In this document: positions 57,277-59,109 of the stretch, one piece after another
Layout of the letters: every line of letters starts with the position of its first letter
Numbering within the stretch: position 1 is the stretch's first letter
From: a virus
Taxonomy: Duplodnaviria > Caudoviricetes
Length of the DNA: 59,109 nucleotides
Virus record (IMG/VR): IMGVR_UViG_3300030102_001767
Coordinates: 1-59,109 of that record
Reading direction: 5' to 3' (one strand)
Translations under genes and position numbers: made by a program
The notes under the pieces: generated by a model
What the model was told of the DNA's origin: nothing
Database searches by the model: none
What the model saw: only the letters and a program-made list of their open reading frames with translations

Positions 57277-59046
57277 ATGGGAGAGAGAGAAATAATAAGG
57301 CCAACAATCACAAGATTAGGAGAAGGTAAACATAGAATACATTGTCCTTCTTGTCACAAAAGTAGAAAAAAACACAACCAACACATGAAAGAAATGTCTG
57401 TTGAGGTCGATTTTAAAGGTGCAAAATATTATTGTCATCATTGTGGTTTAAGTGGTTTTGAAGGTAATAATGTAAATTCACAACAATCTAACAAAGCGGT
57501 TGTTGCTAAAAAAACAATTAGCACAAAAAAAGTAAGGGAAGTCAGAAGAGAGATTGAAATGGAAAACTTTGAACATAATGATAAAACTATTAATTTTCTA
57601 AAAGAAAGAGGTATTTCAGAAAAAGTAATAAAAAAATACTCAGTTGGTAAACTTTATAATTTTAGAGAAAAGAAGGCTAACGCTGTTGGTTTTCCTTACC
57701 ACGATAAAGAAAATAAAGTAACAGCAGTAAAGTGGAGAAGTGCAGATAAAGAAAAGTTGTTTTCTCAGACTGGTGTATGCGATGAATTTTTTAATATAAA
57801 TAGTATAATCGAACAACAGTCTTTAATTATTTCTGAAGGAGAGATAGACACTCTTACTTGGCTTACAGTTTTAGAAGATAATAAACATTATGGTGCAGTA
57901 AGTGTTCCTAATGGTGCTCCTTTAAAAGTTTCCGAAGAAGTTGTTGAACCTTCTGAAGATAAAAAATACAAATACATTTGGTCATCAAGAGAAAAATTAC
58001 AATCAATACCAGAGGTTATTTTTAGTGGAGATAATGATGAACAAGGTCTTGCTCTTTTAGAAGAAATGGCCAGAAGAATTGGAAGAGGAAAATGCTCTAT
58101 TGTTTCTTTAGAACCTTACAAAGACGCAAATGAGGCTTTGCAAAAAGAAGGTAAACAATTTTTACTTGACCGACTGGCACAAGCAAAACCATACCCAGTA
58201 AAAGGTTTGTACAGAGCTGAAGATGTTAGAGGTAAAATAGAGGAATTATATACAGAGGGAAAACCCAGTGGTTATCAAATTCACCCAGCAGTTCCTTTAG
58301 AAATTGCAAGACAACAAATGACTGTTGTTACCGGGCTACCTGGGTCAGGTAAATCTAACTTCGTAGACGATTGTTGTATTCATTTAGCAAAAACATACGG
58401 ATTGAAGATATGTTATTCTAGCTTTGAAAAACCAATCGCTGAACACATTACTCAACTAGTAACGCACATAGCTAAAAAACCTTTTTTCAACACTGGAAAA
58501 AATAAAGAACGCATTACAGATTTAGAGCTAGACGCAGCTTATAATTTTGTGAATGAACACTTTGTTTTTCAGGACTTTACTTCTGGAAGAAGTACAAAAA
58601 TAGAAGAAGTGCTTGATGTTGCGAATGTCGCAACTATGTGGGGAAGTTCTGTTCTTGTCATTGACCCATATAACTGGATAGAACCAGAAAAAAACGCAAA
58701 TATGTCAGAGGGAATAAGCAATATGTTAACCAAAGTGCAGAACTGGAGCGTAGCTTCTAACTCTCATGTATTTTTTGTGGCACATCCAGCCAAATTTCAC
58801 GACACGGAAATACCAGAAGGTATGCAAATTGGTGGCTCTATTTCTTGGTTTAGTAAAGCAGATACTGGACTAACAATCCATAGAGATAAACAATCTAAGC
58901 AGCCAATATGTAAAATATGGAAAGTAAGATGGTCGTGGCTTGGCACACCTCAAACAGTTGAACTTGACCACAACCCAGACACAGGTGCTTTCACCAAACG
59001 AGTTGGCTACAATCCTAATGATTGGGATTTCGCTGACGATTTTTAA
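57277..59046 (+). CDS. primase-helicase (T7 gp4/Twinkle-like)
   Basis: Zn finger CPSC...CHHC; TOPRIM EGEIDT, SVPNGA, DNDEQG, KDANE; SF4 helicase GLPGSGKS, VIDPYN, VAHP. Confidence 0.93.
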   Translation: MGEREIIRPTITRLGEGKHRIHCPSCHKSRKKHNQHMKEMSVEVDFKGAKYYCHHCGLSGFEGNNVNSQQSNKAVVAKKTISTKKVREVRREIEMENFEHNDKTINFLKERGISEKVIKKYSVGKLYNFREKKANAVGFPYHDKENKVTAVKWRSADKEKLFSQTGVCDEFFNINSIIEQQSLIISEGEIDTLTWLTVLEDNKHYGAVSVPNGAPLKVSEEVVEPSEDKKYKYIWSSREKLQSIPEVIFSGDNDEQGLALLEEMARRIGRGKCSIVSLEPYKDANEALQKEGKQFLLDRLAQAKPYPVKGLYRAEDVRGKIEELYTEGKPSGYQIHPAVPLEIARQQMTVVTGLPGSGKSNFVDDCCIHLAKTYGLKICYSSFEKPIAEHITQLVTHIAKKPFFNTGKNKERITDLELDAAYNFVNEHFVFQDFTSGRSTKIEEVLDVANVATMWGSSVLVIDPYNWIEPEKNANMSEGISNMLTKVQNWSVASNSHVFFVAHPAKFHDTEIPEGMQIGGSISWFSKADTGLTIHRDKQSKQPICKIWKVRWSWLGTPQTVELDHNPDTGAFTKRVGYNPNDWDFADDF

Positions 59047-59072
59047 TTAAATATATCATCTAATATATTTAA
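59047..59072. promoter_or_regulatory. 26-bp palindromic motif (perfect copy)
   Basis: TTAAATATAT-CATCTA-ATATATTTAA, right after the primase-helicase stop. Confidence 0.7.
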
Positions 59073-59109
59073 ATAATATCATCATACCTGGTATCTGTTT
59101 TTTTTAAAT

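Noticed and set aside
1-59109. CRISPR array, tRNA genes, integrase, DNA polymerase, terminal repeats
   Set aside because: None was recognised by eye. The Cas4-like nuclease sits in a recombination module with no CRISPR repeats. Genome completeness cannot be confirmed.

Overview
This AT-rich window reads as most or all of a ~59 kb tailed dsDNA phage genome of podovirus-like design. I saw no tape measure, sheath, integrase or DNA polymerase gene. The left arm (minus strand) carries a MoxR-type AAA+ ATPase and a HExxH-peptidase/vWA module plus small genes. The plus strand runs from small terminase through a cluster of tiny Lys/Arg-rich genes, HNH, large terminase, portal, GroES, scaffold, major capsid, head-tail connectors, four paralogous fibre-like genes, holin and tail tube protein. 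It continues with ejection proteins including a 2776-aa polyvalent protein, an exported three-gene module and two DNA methyltransferases. The right arm has recombination and replication genes (SSB-like, RecT-like, PD-(D/E)XK nuclease, RusA-like, primase-helicase). The most notable locus is 52.5-54.5 kb: a nuclease-less IS110/Nop-domain gene (TasA-like) flanked by three dispersed TIGR-like dual-spacer guide units rather than a tandem array. One unit fills the loop of a 16-bp stem, and the units are interleaved with unannotated small hydrophobic ORFs. Also seen are a 26-bp palindromic motif at six sites, a candidate structured ncRNA, a triple-palindrome element and an apparent CCGG context bias. 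All calls come from reading motifs by eye; no database searches were run.
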